From Flavobacteriales bacterium (GTDB lineage Bacteria > Bacteroidota > Bacteroidia > Flavobacteriales > BACL11), in assembly GCA_965183885.1 (NCBI GenBank), contig OZ238992.1:1572528-1636527 (forward strand): DNA of 64,000 nt, read 5' to 3'. Under the pieces are notes generated by a model. The model ran no database searches. It had not been told where the DNA came from and was given only the letters and a program-made list of their open reading frames with translations. This document shows positions 26,246-36,781 of this stretch, in pieces. A program made the translations under genes and the position numbers. The stretch's first letter is position 1; each line of letters begins with the position of its first letter.

Positions 26246-29034
26246 AACCATTTTTAGATAAAATAGCAACACGTTTATTAGTTAAGTTTCCTGATGGTAT
26301 GGAAGGGGTAGCAGTTGTTTTGCCTTCTAAGAGAGCAGTAGTATTTCTAAAACATTATTTAGCACAAAAAATAAAGAAACCTGTTTTCTTACCTGAGTTT
26401 TATTCAATTGAGGAGTTTGTTGAGAAGTTATCGTCTTTACAAGTTTTAGACAATATCTCTTTACAGTTTCGCTTATATCAGAGTTATTTAAATAACCCAC
26501 CTCAAAAAGTAGATTCTTTTGATGATTTTCTGAACTGGAGTAATGTATTGCTACATGACTTTAATGATATAGATAGGAATATGGTAGATGCAACAGCAAT
26601 TTACAGCAACCTTAAAGATGTAAAAGAGTTAGAAGGTTGGAGTGTTGAGGATTGGAGCTTATCTGTTGATGAGTTAACACCTATGCAAAGTGATTATATT
26701 AGCTTTTTTGGGGCTATGATTAATTGGTATCACGATTTTAAAGAGCAGCTAAAAGCAGAAAATGTAGCTTATCAGGGGATGGCTTATCGACAAGCTGCAG
26801 AGTGTGTTGATAGTGCAACTATTTCTTGGAAAAAAGTATGGTTTGTAGGTTTAAATGCACTTACTAAATCAGAGCAGAAAATAATTAATTTCCTAAAAAA
26901 AGAGGATGTAGCTCGGGTGTTTTGGGATGCCGATCATTTTTATTATGATAATCCTATGCATGAGGCTGGGGGCTTTTTAAGAGAACAAAAGGAACAATGG
27001 TCTGAGATTGATTTTAAAGGTGTAGATAATTATTATGCAAAGCAAAAGGAAAGCTTTAAGGTTATTGCTTGCCCAAAAAACATAACGCAAGCAAAGGTTG
27101 CTTCGGAGGTGATTAGAAAATTTTCAAAAGAGGATTTGGATAACAGTAATACTGCAATTGTTTTAGCAGATGAGGGTTTGTTATTTCCAGTGCTTCATAA
27201 TTTGCCATCGGAAGTAAAACAGTTAAATGTTACAATGGGAAGCCCACTTAAAGGGACTGCATTATTTGCTTTTGTTGAGGCGCTATTTAATATGCAATTA
27301 CATGCAATAAAGTATAGGCATAAAGCTTTTTATTATAAAGATGTTATTGCTGTAGTTGAACATCCTTATTTCTCAAAACTTGCTGAAGAAAATGAGCTTT
27401 CTGATTTTAAACGTTTTATAACAAATCATAATATTGTTTTTATAGGAAAATCAAATATTGATAATTTCTTTAAAAGCTCAGAGATTGTAAAGTCATTATT
27501 TATTTTATGGACTACTGTAAATCAAGCTTTGGAGGCTCTTGATAGTCTTATTGGTGCATTGCGATTACCTCTTGTTGGAAAAACAGGATCAATTGAATCA
27601 GAAGTTTTATCGACCTTTTATAGATGTTTAACTTCATTAAATAACTTATTGTCAGTTAGTAGTTTTGATATTGAGCTTAGAACCCTGCAAGTAATTATGC
27701 AGCAATTAGTAGCAAATGAAACTATTCCGTTTAAGGGAGAGCCTTTAAAAGGGGTGCAGCTAATGGGAATTTTAGAAAGTAGAACTTTAGACTTTAAGAA
27801 TGTAATTATGTTGAGCGTAAACGAGGGGAAACTACCTAAAGGAAAGTCAGTAAATTCTTTTATTCCTTATGATATGAAACGCTATTTTAAATTGCCAACA
27901 TATTCCGAAAGCGATGCTGTTTTTTCATATCATTTTTATAGACTTTTGCAAAGAGCAAATAATATCACTTTAGTTTATAGTTCTGTTACTGATGATTTTG
28001 GGTCTGGAGAGAAAAGTAGATTTATTACACAGCTTTTATCGGAATATAAATCTTCTGAGATTAAAGAGTATGTATACAAAGGGGAGGATTTTGAGATAGA
28101 TGAAATACAGCCAATTGTTGTTCAGAATAAAGGTTTAGAGTCAGTTTTAAAGGCATGGGCTACTAATGGGGTTTCTCCTTCTGCTTTAAATAGGTATAAT
28201 AATTGTAGCCTTTCTTTTTACTATCATTATTTAGCAAAAATAAGAGTTGATGAGCAAATAGATGAGTATGCTGATTCAAGTACTTTAGGTACGGCAGTTC
28301 ATAATGCATTGGATAAACATTATCCAATTGGAGTTTTGGAAGAATCATTTATAAAAGAAAATACTGGGGCAATTTTAAGTACAATAAGAGATGAATTTGT
28401 TGAGGTGCTTTCAGAACAAGGAATGGAAGAAGGAAAGAATTACTTAAGTTTACAAATAGCACAAAAATTAACCAAAGATTTCTTAGCTCTAGAACAAAAA
28501 ACAATCCGAGAGGCTGCTGCTGAGAATCAACAAATTAAAGTATTATCAAAAGAAGAGAATTTAGATTGTGAAATAAATATTGATGGATTAGAATTTAGAC
28601 TTATTGGTAAGGCGGATAGAGTAGATGTTAAGGGTGATGTTGTTAGGATTATAGATTATAAAACAGGTATGGTTACCCCAAGTGAACTTAAGTTTCAGGA
28701 GTATGATGAGTTAGTTGACAATCCTAAAAGAGCTAAAGCATTTCAGTTGTTAATGTATGCTTATATATATATGAAGATGAATCCTAATTGTTTAGGTAAG
28801 GAGCTTATTGTAGGGAATTATGCTTTTAAAAATCTAAAGGAAGGGCTGATAACAGTAACTCAAAAAGCTGGTAGTTCAGAAACTAAGGTTGTAAAAATAA
28901 CTTCAGCAGTATTGGACGAATTTCAAGATCAATTAGAGGTAGTACTTACTAAAATAGTTAATGATGACTTTGAACAAACGTCTGATATTAACTCCTGTAA
29001 ATGGTGCGATTATAAATCTATTTGTAAAAGGTAG
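26242..29034 (+). CDS. AddB-like PD-(D/E)XK nuclease with Fe-S staple cysteines
   Basis: Overlaps the addA-like stop; QLMGILESRTLDF, SPSAL..Y..C, GKADRVD..IIDYKTG, terminal CKWCDYKSIC. Confidence 0.88.
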   Translation: MKPFLDKIATRLLVKFPDGMEGVAVVLPSKRAVVFLKHYLAQKIKKPVFLPEFYSIEEFVEKLSSLQVLDNISLQFRLYQSYLNNPPQKVDSFDDFLNWSNVLLHDFNDIDRNMVDATAIYSNLKDVKELEGWSVEDWSLSVDELTPMQSDYISFFGAMINWYHDFKEQLKAENVAYQGMAYRQAAECVDSATISWKKVWFVGLNALTKSEQKIINFLKKEDVARVFWDADHFYYDNPMHEAGGFLREQKEQWSEIDFKGVDNYYAKQKESFKVIACPKNITQAKVASEVIRKFSKEDLDNSNTAIVLADEGLLFPVLHNLPSEVKQLNVTMGSPLKGTALFAFVEALFNMQLHAIKYRHKAFYYKDVIAVVEHPYFSKLAEENELSDFKRFITNHNIVFIGKSNIDNFFKSSEIVKSLFILWTTVNQALEALDSLIGALRLPLVGKTGSIESEVLSTFYRCLTSLNNLLSVSSFDIELRTLQVIMQQLVANETIPFKGEPLKGVQLMGILESRTLDFKNVIMLSVNEGKLPKGKSVNSFIPYDMKRYFKLPTYSESDAVFSYHFYRLLQRANNITLVYSSVTDDFGSGEKSRFITQLLSEYKSSEIKEYVYKGEDFEIDEIQPIVVQNKGLESVLKAWATNGVSPSALNRYNNCSLSFYYHYLAKIRVDEQIDEYADSSTLGTAVHNALDKHYPIGVLEESFIKENTGAILSTIRDEFVEVLSEQGMEEGKNYLSLQIAQKLTKDFLALEQKTIREAAAENQQIKVLSKEENLDCEINIDGLEFRLIGKADRVDVKGDVVRIIDYKTGMVTPSELKFQEYDELVDNPKRAKAFQLLMYAYIYMKMNPNCLGKELIVGNYAFKNLKEGLITVTQKAGSSETKVVKITSAVLDEFQDQLEVVLTKIVNDDFEQTSDINSCKWCDYKSICKR

Positions 29035-29113
29035 TTGAGTAGGTAAGATTGTATTGGAGTAGTTTGTATTTGTAACTTGAATTTCACTATTTTTGTAAGA
29101 AATAAAACTAGCT

Positions 29114-32100
29114 ATGAAAACTATAAAAGGAATACTTATTTTATCTATTGCAGCCATATTTACTGCTTCAGCAACAGATATTAAACTTACAGAAACAAGC
29201 AATAACCTTACTATTACTGAAAAGACCTTAACAGAGTTTACTTTTATAAATCATCTTTCGGAGATTAGTACAATGTCAGTAAAAACAAATGCTGGAACTT
29301 TTGTAAAACTGATTGCCTCAGGATATGGTGAAAATGCAAAAAAAGGTACAGCAGAGTTACCTGTACTTGAAGAATTAATTAATATTCCTTTAGGAGCTCA
29401 GGTAGCTATACAAATAATAAATAAAGAAGAAAAATTGATTTCTTTATCAGATTATGGGATTACTAATAGGGTGTTCCCATCTCAACCTTCTGTGTTGAAA
29501 AGTGAAAAAGCTGAAGATGTTCCTTTTTATTTTAATGCTGACTACTATACTAAAGATGGCTTTTATACCAATAAGCTTGTTTCAACTGAATATTTAGGGA
29601 AAATGAGAGGGCAACAATTAGCAAGAATTTCAGTAGCTCCTTTCAGTTATAATCCAACAACTAATCAATTAAAAGTAGTTACTAAATTAGAAGTAAAGGT
29701 AATATTTGAAAATACAGATGTAGCGAAACATATTGCAAATAAGAAGAAATACTTTAGTCCTGAATTTGAGCACTTATTTAAAGGTTGTATTAATTACTTG
29801 CCAATGCAGGAGAAGGATGTTATAACGACTTACCCTGTGAAGTATGTAATTATTGCTGATCCACAATTTCAATCAGTATTACAGCCATTAGTAGAATGGA
29901 AGATAAAGAAAGGATTTATTGTGGTTGAAGGGTATACTAATGATCCTTTAGTAGGAAATACAACAACTTCAATACATGCATATATTAAAGATATGTATGA
30001 TAATGCTACTGTTGCAGATCCAGCACCAACTTATTTATTAATTGTAGGTGATGATGGGCAAGTTCCTTCTTTTAATGGAGCTGCAGGATCGCATTTGTCA
30101 GATATGTATTATTGTGAGTTTGATGGAGGAGGAGATTTTTATCCTGAGATGTATTATGGACGATTTTCTGCTATTTCAGCTGCTGATGTAGAAACCCAAG
30201 TGCATAAAACACTAACACATGAACAATATACGTTTTCAGATCCTTCTTTTTTAGATGAAACAGTATTAGTAGCAGGCGTTGATGCTAGTTGGGCCCCTAC
30301 TCATGGTAATGGACAAATAAACTACGGTACAGATAATTATTTTAATGCAGCTCATGGTTTAACTGTTTATAATTATCTATATGGTTCAGGAACACCTATT
30401 ACTTCAGATATGTCTGGAGCTTCAGCAGCTATAATTGCTGATATTAGTGGTGGAGTAGGTTTTGCAAATTACACTGCACATTGTGGCTCTTCTGGTTGGT
30501 CGGACCCTTCTTTTACTACTTCAGATATTGCGGGTTTACAAAATATTGATGAATTTGGCTTTATGGTAGGGAATTGTTGTCAGTCTAATAAATTTGATGT
30601 CCCAGTTTGTTTTGGAGAAGGCTTATTAAGAGCAACTAATAAAGGGGCTGTTGGTTATATTGGTGGTTCAAACAATACTTACTGGAATGAAGATTTTTGG
30701 TGGGCTGTTGGTAGTAATAGTAGCAGTAGTATTTCTGCTAACCCTACTTATGCTGGTACAGGTTTAGCATTATATGATTGTTTAATGCATGAAAATGGAG
30801 AACAACAAGCTGATTGGTTTATAACAGCGGGGCAAATGATACATTCAGGGAATTTAGCAGTTACTCAAGCAGGAGGTTCTGAGCAGTACTATTGGGAAAT
30901 TTACCATTTAATGGGAGACCCTTCATTAATGCCTTATGTTGGAGTCCCAACAGCATTAACAGTTACTCATCCTGCTGCAACACCAGTTGGTACTACAACC
31001 TTAACAGTGAATACTGAAGAAAATGCTTATGTAGCAATTTCTATAAATGGAGTGCTTTTAGATGCTCAATTAGCAGATGTGACAGGAATTGTAAACCTTA
31101 CTTTTCCTGCAATATCAGTTATAGCTGCTGCTGATATTGTTGTTACAAAACAATTTAAGCAACCTTACATTAATACTATACAAATTATTGCTCCTACAGG
31201 GCCATATGTTATTTATGCTTCTCATACTAATGATGATGTTGCAGCTAATAATAATGGGCTTGTAGACTATAACGAGTTTATAAGTATGGATGTTGATTTT
31301 CAGAATGTAGGTGTGGCAGATGCAAATGCTCTAACTGTAGTTATTACTACTAATGACCCATATGTTACATTAATTGATAGTACTGATAATATTACATTGA
31401 TTGGAGCTTCACAAATACAGAGTATAACTGCTCCTTTTACTTATCAAGTAGCTAATATAGTTCCTGATCAGCATATAGTTGTTTTTGATGTGGTAATGAC
31501 GGATAACTTAGGTAATGTTTGGAGCTCAACGCTAAATACTACTTTAAATGCCCCAGTTCTTAATCATACTACATTTACAATTGATGATACTTCCCTAGGA
31601 AATGGGAATGGAAAATTAGATGCTGGAGAAACGTTAGATTTAATAGTTGATGTAATAAATACTGGACATGCTGATATTGCAAATTTAACAGCAACTTTAG
31701 GAAGTTTATCTTCTTATGTTACTATAAATACTATAAGTACAGTAGTTGCAGCGTTAAATGTAAGTCAGCAACAAAGTGTAACGTTTAATATTACAGTTGA
31801 TGTTGCTACGCCAGTAGGTACTTTTGTTGAGTTTCCTTTTGATATTACTGATGGAGCTTATGCACATAATACAGTTTTTAATGCCATGGTAGGTATTATT
31901 GACGAAGATTATGAAACAGGTGACTTTACTCAATATGCTTGGGTGCAAGGGGCTTATCCTTGGACAATAGATAATGTCCAGGTTTATGAGGGAAATAATT
32001 CTTCAAAGTCAGGAGTAATACCTGATGGTAGCCAGTCTGAGTTGTCAGTTACATTGGATGTAACTGCTCCTGGAGATATTTCATTTTTTAAGTTTGTATC

Positions 32101-32563
32101 ATCTGAACAGAGTTATGATGAGCTTAAATTTAAAATTAATGGAAATAAAGTAGGGGAGTGGTCCGGTGAGGATGTAGCTTGGAGTTTTGTTTCTTTTCCA
32201 GTTGCTGTTGGTCAAAATACTTTTAAATGGGAATATGAAAAAGATGCTTCAGTAAGTTCAGGTCAGGATTGCGCTTGGATTGACTATATTGTTTTTCCTC
32301 CTATTGCTTTAGCCCCAGCTAGTGTTAGTCAATTAGAAGTTGATTTTGAAATTTATCCAAACCCTACTATGGGTAGTTTTAATATATTATTTAATGATGC
32401 TCAGGTACATACTGTCGAGGTTTATGATGCTCAAGCAAAAGTGATTAAGCGTATAGATAATCAAATAAATACTTCATCTTTTGATATCTCAGAGTATGCA
32501 GCGGGAACTTATACTGTAAAGATAATTCCTGAGGGAATAAGTTACCAGATTGTAAAGCAGTAA
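29114..32563 (+). CDS. Gingipain-like peptidase C25 (propeptide, catalytic, Ig-like, adhesin-like domain, T9SS type-A CTD)
   Basis: YLLIVGD, SDMYY, YGRFSA, NYTAH (catalytic His), GNCC (catalytic Cys), LMGDP; C-terminal IYPNPT...GTY.VK...IVK. Confidence 0.92.
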   Translation: MKTIKGILILSIAAIFTASATDIKLTETSNNLTITEKTLTEFTFINHLSEISTMSVKTNAGTFVKLIASGYGENAKKGTAELPVLEELINIPLGAQVAIQIINKEEKLISLSDYGITNRVFPSQPSVLKSEKAEDVPFYFNADYYTKDGFYTNKLVSTEYLGKMRGQQLARISVAPFSYNPTTNQLKVVTKLEVKVIFENTDVAKHIANKKKYFSPEFEHLFKGCINYLPMQEKDVITTYPVKYVIIADPQFQSVLQPLVEWKIKKGFIVVEGYTNDPLVGNTTTSIHAYIKDMYDNATVADPAPTYLLIVGDDGQVPSFNGAAGSHLSDMYYCEFDGGGDFYPEMYYGRFSAISAADVETQVHKTLTHEQYTFSDPSFLDETVLVAGVDASWAPTHGNGQINYGTDNYFNAAHGLTVYNYLYGSGTPITSDMSGASAAIIADISGGVGFANYTAHCGSSGWSDPSFTTSDIAGLQNIDEFGFMVGNCCQSNKFDVPVCFGEGLLRATNKGAVGYIGGSNNTYWNEDFWWAVGSNSSSSISANPTYAGTGLALYDCLMHENGEQQADWFITAGQMIHSGNLAVTQAGGSEQYYWEIYHLMGDPSLMPYVGVPTALTVTHPAATPVGTTTLTVNTEENAYVAISINGVLLDAQLADVTGIVNLTFPAISVIAAADIVVTKQFKQPYINTIQIIAPTGPYVIYASHTNDDVAANNNGLVDYNEFISMDVDFQNVGVADANALTVVITTNDPYVTLIDSTDNITLIGASQIQSITAPFTYQVANIVPDQHIVVFDVVMTDNLGNVWSSTLNTTLNAPVLNHTTFTIDDTSLGNGNGKLDAGETLDLIVDVINTGHADIANLTATLGSLSSYVTINTISTVVAALNVSQQQSVTFNITVDVATPVGTFVEFPFDITDGAYAHNTVFNAMVGIIDEDYETGDFTQYAWVQGAYPWTIDNVQVYEGNNSSKSGVIPDGSQSELSVTLDVTAPGDISFFKFVSSEQSYDELKFKINGNKVGEWSGEDVAWSFVSFPVAVGQNTFKWEYEKDASVSSGQDCAWIDYIVFPPIALAPASVSQLEVDFEIYPNPTMGSFNILFNDAQVHTVEVYDAQAKVIKRIDNQINTSSFDISEYAAGTYTVKIIPEGISYQIVKQ

Positions 32564-32976
32564 TGGGAAAAGCTCTAGGCATTGATTATGGCACCAAACG
32601 AACAGGTATAGCAATTACAGATGCAATGCAAATTATTGCTAGTGGATTAACTACTGTTCCTACTCATTTGTTAGATAACTTTATTGCAAATTTATTTGTG
32701 AAAGAAACTATTGATTGTTTTGTAATTGGTGATCCTAAAAATTTAAATGGAACCAGTACCGATAGTACTGGACATGTGAAAGGCTTTATAAAACGATTGC
32801 AAAAAAAGTACCCAACTATTCCTATACATCAAATTGATGAACGCTTTACTTCCAAAATTGCAAAACAGAGTATATTAGCTTCAGGAGTAAGTAAGAAAGG
32901 AAGAAGAAATAAGGCTTTAGTTGATGAGGTAAGTGCAACTATTATTTTACAAAATTATTTGGATTTTAAGATGTAA
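32563..32976 (+). CDS. ruvX: RuvX/YqgF family nuclease
   Basis: LGIDYGTKRTGIA.TD, DERFTS, VD.VSA.IILQ.YL. Confidence 0.95.
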   Translation: MGKALGIDYGTKRTGIAITDAMQIIASGLTTVPTHLLDNFIANLFVKETIDCFVIGDPKNLNGTSTDSTGHVKGFIKRLQKKYPTIPIHQIDERFTSKIAKQSILASGVSKKGRRNKALVDEVSATIILQNYLDFKM

Positions 32977-35746
32977 GTTTCTTCTTAAGAAACTGCCCTG
33001 TAAGAGATTCTTTACAGGTTATAATATCTTCAGGAATTCCTTCAAATACTATAGTTCCTCCTTTATCACCACCTTCAGGACCTAGGTCAATTATCCAATC
33101 GGCACATTTTATAACATCTAAGTTGTGTTCAATACAAACTATAGAGTGTCCTTTTTCAATTAAGGCGTAGAAAGAATTAAGTAGCTTATTGATATCATGA
33201 AAATGCAGACCAGTTGTTGGTTCGTCAAAAATAAATAGGGTTTTATCAGCAGTATTTCCTTTGCTTAAGAAAGAAGCAAGTTTTATTCTTTGTGCTTCAC
33301 CACCACTTAAAGTATTTGAGGACTGTCCAAGTTTTACATATCCTAAACCTACATCTTGTAAAGGCTGTAGTTTCTTAGCAATATTAAGCTCATTGCTATT
33401 CTCAAAAAATGCAATAGCTTCTTCTACTGATAAATTAAGGATATCAGCAATATTTTTATTTCCAACTTTAATCTCTAAAATTTCATTTTTAAAACGTTTT
33501 CCTTTACAGTATTCACATTCTAGGTGGACATCGGCCATAAACTGCATCTCAACAGTAGTTTCACCTTCTCCTTTACAGTGTTCGCACCTACCTCCATCTA
33601 CATTAAATGAAAAGAAACCAGATTTATATTTTCTGCTTTGAGCTAAAGGCTGATTGGTAAATAGTTTTCTAATATCATCATATACTTTTATGTAAGTAGC
33701 AGGGTTAGATCTTGATGATTTTCCAATAGGGTGTTGGTCAATAAATTCAATTTTCTTTAGATTATTAGTGCTTACTGCTATGCTTTCATAGGTTTTACTT
33801 CCTTTTGTAGAATTTCCTAAGAAGTTGTTCAGTGCTGGTTTTAGCACATCTTTTACAAGGGTTGATTTTCCAGACCCACTTAATCCTGTAACAAGTGTTA
33901 ATCCGTTTAATGGAAATGCAGTATTTACATTCTTTATGTTATGCTGATTTATTCCTGTTATTTTTATACTATCTCTAGTTTTTCTTCTTTGCTTAGGAAC
34001 TGGGATAAGTAATTTCTTTGATAGATATTGAGTTGTTAAACTCTTCTCTTCCTTATAAATGTCTTCTAGTTTTCCTTGATAAATAATTTCTCCCCCATGG
34101 ATTCCTGCTTCTGGACCAATATCAATTATCTGGTCAGCTTCTTCCATTATTTCTTCGTCATGCTCAACTACAATAACGGTATTCCCTATGTCTCTAAGTT
34201 CTTTTAGGATTTTAATTAAACGCTCTGTATCTTTAGAATGTAAGCCTATACTTGGTTCATCTAGTATATACATTGCTCCAACTAATGAACTTCCTATTGA
34301 TGTTGCTAAATTGATTCTTTGGGATTCTCCTCCTGATAAGGAGTTTGATTTTCTGTCTAATGTTAAGTAGCTTAAGCCTACTTCATTTAAGTAATGGAGT
34401 CTACTTTGTATTTCGTGGGTTAGCCTTTCTGCAACTTTAGCATCTGCTTTATTTAGTTTAATACTATTAAAGAAATCTAATGCTTGACCAATATTCATTT
34501 TTACAATATCAGCAATGCTCTTACCTGCTATTTTAACATACAAAGCATCTTTTCTAAGACGAGAGCCTTTACATTCAGTACAGGTTGTTTTTCCTCTATA
34601 TCTAGCTATAAGTACTCTGTTTTGTATCTTATATTTGTCACTTTCTAGTTTCTGGAAAAACTGATCTATTCCTTTACATTTATTTTTTCCATGCCATAGG
34701 ATGTCCTTTTGTTCATCATTCAGTTCATTATAAGGTCGGTGTACAGGAAAGTCAAATTTTGCAGCTCTAATAATAAAGCGATCTTTCCATTTACTTAGCT
34801 TTTCTCCACTCCAACAGCTTACAACTCCTTGGTAAACAGATAGGTTCTCGTTAGTAATTACTTTCTTATGGTCAATTCCTAGTATTGACCCAAATCCTTC
34901 ACATTTTTTACATGCTCCATAAGGGTTGTTAAAAGCAAATAGGTGAGTAGAAGGTTTCTCAAATTGCATTCCATCTAGTTCAAACTTATTAGAAAAGTGA
35001 TGAACATCTTTTTTTACTTGTATGCTGCACTCTCCATTACCTTCAAAAAATGCAGTTTGTACTGAATCAGCAATTCTACTTTCTATATCGCTATCATCAA
35101 TAATAATACGGTCAATTACTATTTGTATTTCATCTGCAGCTACAGTAATTTCTTCTTTTATTAGATCTTTAATTCTTACAATTTCATTTTTATATATTAT
35201 ACGTGAAAAGCCTTGTTGTCTTAATACAGATAATATCTCTTTGTTACTGTTTTCTTTATATTGTGCTAAAATAAGGATAACTTCATCTTTGTCTTGTTGG
35301 AGTATGAAGTTTACAACATCACTTATTTGGTGGCGTTTTACCTCTTTTCCTGATATTGGAGATATTGTTTTTCCAATTCGAGCAAATAAAAGCTTTAAGT
35401 AATCATAAATTTCGGTGCTAGTACCAATTGTTGATCTAGGGTTGTTAGTTGTTGTTTTTTGTTCTATTGCAATAGCAGGGCAAATTCCTAGTATCTCATC
35501 AACTTCTGGTTTTTGTAATTTACCTAAGAATTGTCGTGCGTAGGACGATAGGCTTTCAATATAGCGTCTTTGTCCTTCAGCAAACAAAGTGTCAAAGGCT
35601 AATGACGATTTTCCACTTCCTGAGACTCCAGAAATAACAATAAGTTGATTTTTTGGAATACTAATTGAGATGTTTTTTAGGTTGTGCAAGCGTGCTCCTC
35701 TAATCTCAATTTTTTCAGTAGTATTTTTTGTTTTTTTTGTAGTCAT
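32966..35746 (-). CDS. uvrA: Excinuclease ABC subunit A
   Basis: GARLHNLK, GVSGSGKSSLAFDT, LSGGESQRI, LDEPSIGLH, second ABC cassette LSGGEAQR/FDEPTTGLH. Confidence 0.96.
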   Translation of the reverse strand: MTTKKTKNTTEKIEIRGARLHNLKNISISIPKNQLIVISGVSGSGKSSLAFDTLFAEGQRRYIESLSSYARQFLGKLQKPEVDEILGICPAIAIEQKTTTNNPRSTIGTSTEIYDYLKLLFARIGKTISPISGKEVKRHQISDVVNFILQQDKDEVILILAQYKENSNKEILSVLRQQGFSRIIYKNEIVRIKDLIKEEITVAADEIQIVIDRIIIDDSDIESRIADSVQTAFFEGNGECSIQVKKDVHHFSNKFELDGMQFEKPSTHLFAFNNPYGACKKCEGFGSILGIDHKKVITNENLSVYQGVVSCWSGEKLSKWKDRFIIRAAKFDFPVHRPYNELNDEQKDILWHGKNKCKGIDQFFQKLESDKYKIQNRVLIARYRGKTTCTECKGSRLRKDALYVKIAGKSIADIVKMNIGQALDFFNSIKLNKADAKVAERLTHEIQSRLHYLNEVGLSYLTLDRKSNSLSGGESQRINLATSIGSSLVGAMYILDEPSIGLHSKDTERLIKILKELRDIGNTVIVVEHDEEIMEEADQIIDIGPEAGIHGGEIIYQGKLEDIYKEEKSLTTQYLSKKLLIPVPKQRRKTRDSIKITGINQHNIKNVNTAFPLNGLTLVTGLSGSGKSTLVKDVLKPALNNFLGNSTKGSKTYESIAVSTNNLKKIEFIDQHPIGKSSRSNPATYIKVYDDIRKLFTNQPLAQSRKYKSGFFSFNVDGGRCEHCKGEGETTVEMQFMADVHLECEYCKGKRFKNEILEIKVGNKNIADILNLSVEEAIAFFENSNELNIAKKLQPLQDVGLGYVKLGQSSNTLSGGEAQRIKLASFLSKGNTADKTLFIFDEPTTGLHFHDINKLLNSFYALIEKGHSIVCIEHNLDVIKCADWIIDLGPEGGDKGGTIVFEGIPEDIITCKESLTGQFLKKKLTS

Positions 35747-35902
35747 TAAATTGCAGAATTTGCAAAGCTAATAAATAAGATTTGGATAATTCAAATTGTT
35801 TTCCTATATTTGGACCTGAATTTATACAATTAATTAACAATACTTCAGCCTATAGACACATTTTTACTTTAAACTTTTATTAACTAAAAACAACAAAGTA
35901 AT

Positions 35903-36490
35903 ATGCTGTCTAAAACTATTTCCGATCAAGTACTCGTAAAAAATTTCTTAAATGGTGATAACTCATCATTTGAACAATTATTAAATAGACATAAAAACAG
36001 GGTTTTTGCCTTTATTATGTCAAAAGTGAAAAATAGAGACCTTACTGAAGATATATTTCAAGATACTTTTATTAAAGTGATTAACTCTTTGCAAAAAGGG
36101 AAGTACAATGAAGAGGGGAAGTTTTTACCTTGGATGATGCGTATTGCTCATAATTTGGTTATTGATCATTTCAGAAAAGAATCTAAGATGAGAAAGATTA
36201 GACCTACATCTGAGTTTGATATTTTTGAAGTTTTAGATGATGGAAGTAAAAATCAAGAGCAAGTAATGATTCAGGATCAGGTACATGCTGATTTAAAAGA
36301 TTTAATTGAGATGCTTCCTGAAGATCAAAAAGAAGTATTAAAGTTAAGATACTTTGAGGATATGTCCTTTAAGAAAATATCTGCTTCATCTGGAGTAAGT
36401 ATTAATACAGCGCTTGGTCGTATGCGTTATGCACTTATTAATCTTAGAAAGCTTGCAGAAAAACATCATATTGATTTGCAAGTAAAATAA
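35903..36490 (+). CDS. ECF-family sigma-70 factor
   Basis: Region 2 (EDIFQDTFIK..KF.PW..RIAHN..IDHFRK) and region 4 (LP.DQKEV...SFK.I...VSINTALGRMRYA); TATATTTG upstream near 35805. Confidence 0.93.
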   Translation: MLSKTISDQVLVKNFLNGDNSSFEQLLNRHKNRVFAFIMSKVKNRDLTEDIFQDTFIKVINSLQKGKYNEEGKFLPWMMRIAHNLVIDHFRKESKMRKIRPTSEFDIFEVLDDGSKNQEQVMIQDQVHADLKDLIEMLPEDQKEVLKLRYFEDMSFKKISASSGVSINTALGRMRYALINLRKLAEKHHIDLQVK

Positions 36491-36561
36491 ACAAACATTT
36501 ATATACTATAATTGTAGGATGTTGCGTTAATTAGGTGTAATGAACTTAAAAAATACACTAT

Positions 36562-36765
36562 ATGAGCAAAAACTCTACATTAGAATTGTGGAATCACTTA
36601 TCAAAAGAAGAGTACGTTTCATTTGATAAGAAGGTACACAAAATCCTTTCTGATACTCAGAATGGACCAAAAAAAGAAACAATAGATACTATTCTTGCTT
36701 ATGCAAGTTCAGTGAAAGGAATTAAAACTAAATCGAAAGATAGAATTTTAATTTCACTTAACTAA
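36562..36765 (+). CDS. Small hypothetical protein downstream of the ECF sigma factor
   Basis: 67-aa ATG ORF with A-rich leader, followed by a terminator hairpin. Confidence 0.7.
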   Translation: MSKNSTLELWNHLSKEEYVSFDKKVHKILSDTQNGPKKETIDTILAYASSVKGIKTKSKDRILISLN

Positions 36766-36781
36766 AAGTGGTTTTGGTTAG

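Noticed and set aside
36491-36561. ECF-type promoter (AAC...CGT) before the 67-aa ORF
   Set aside because: CGTT is present, but the AAAC is too far upstream for the usual spacing; unsupported without homolog alignment.
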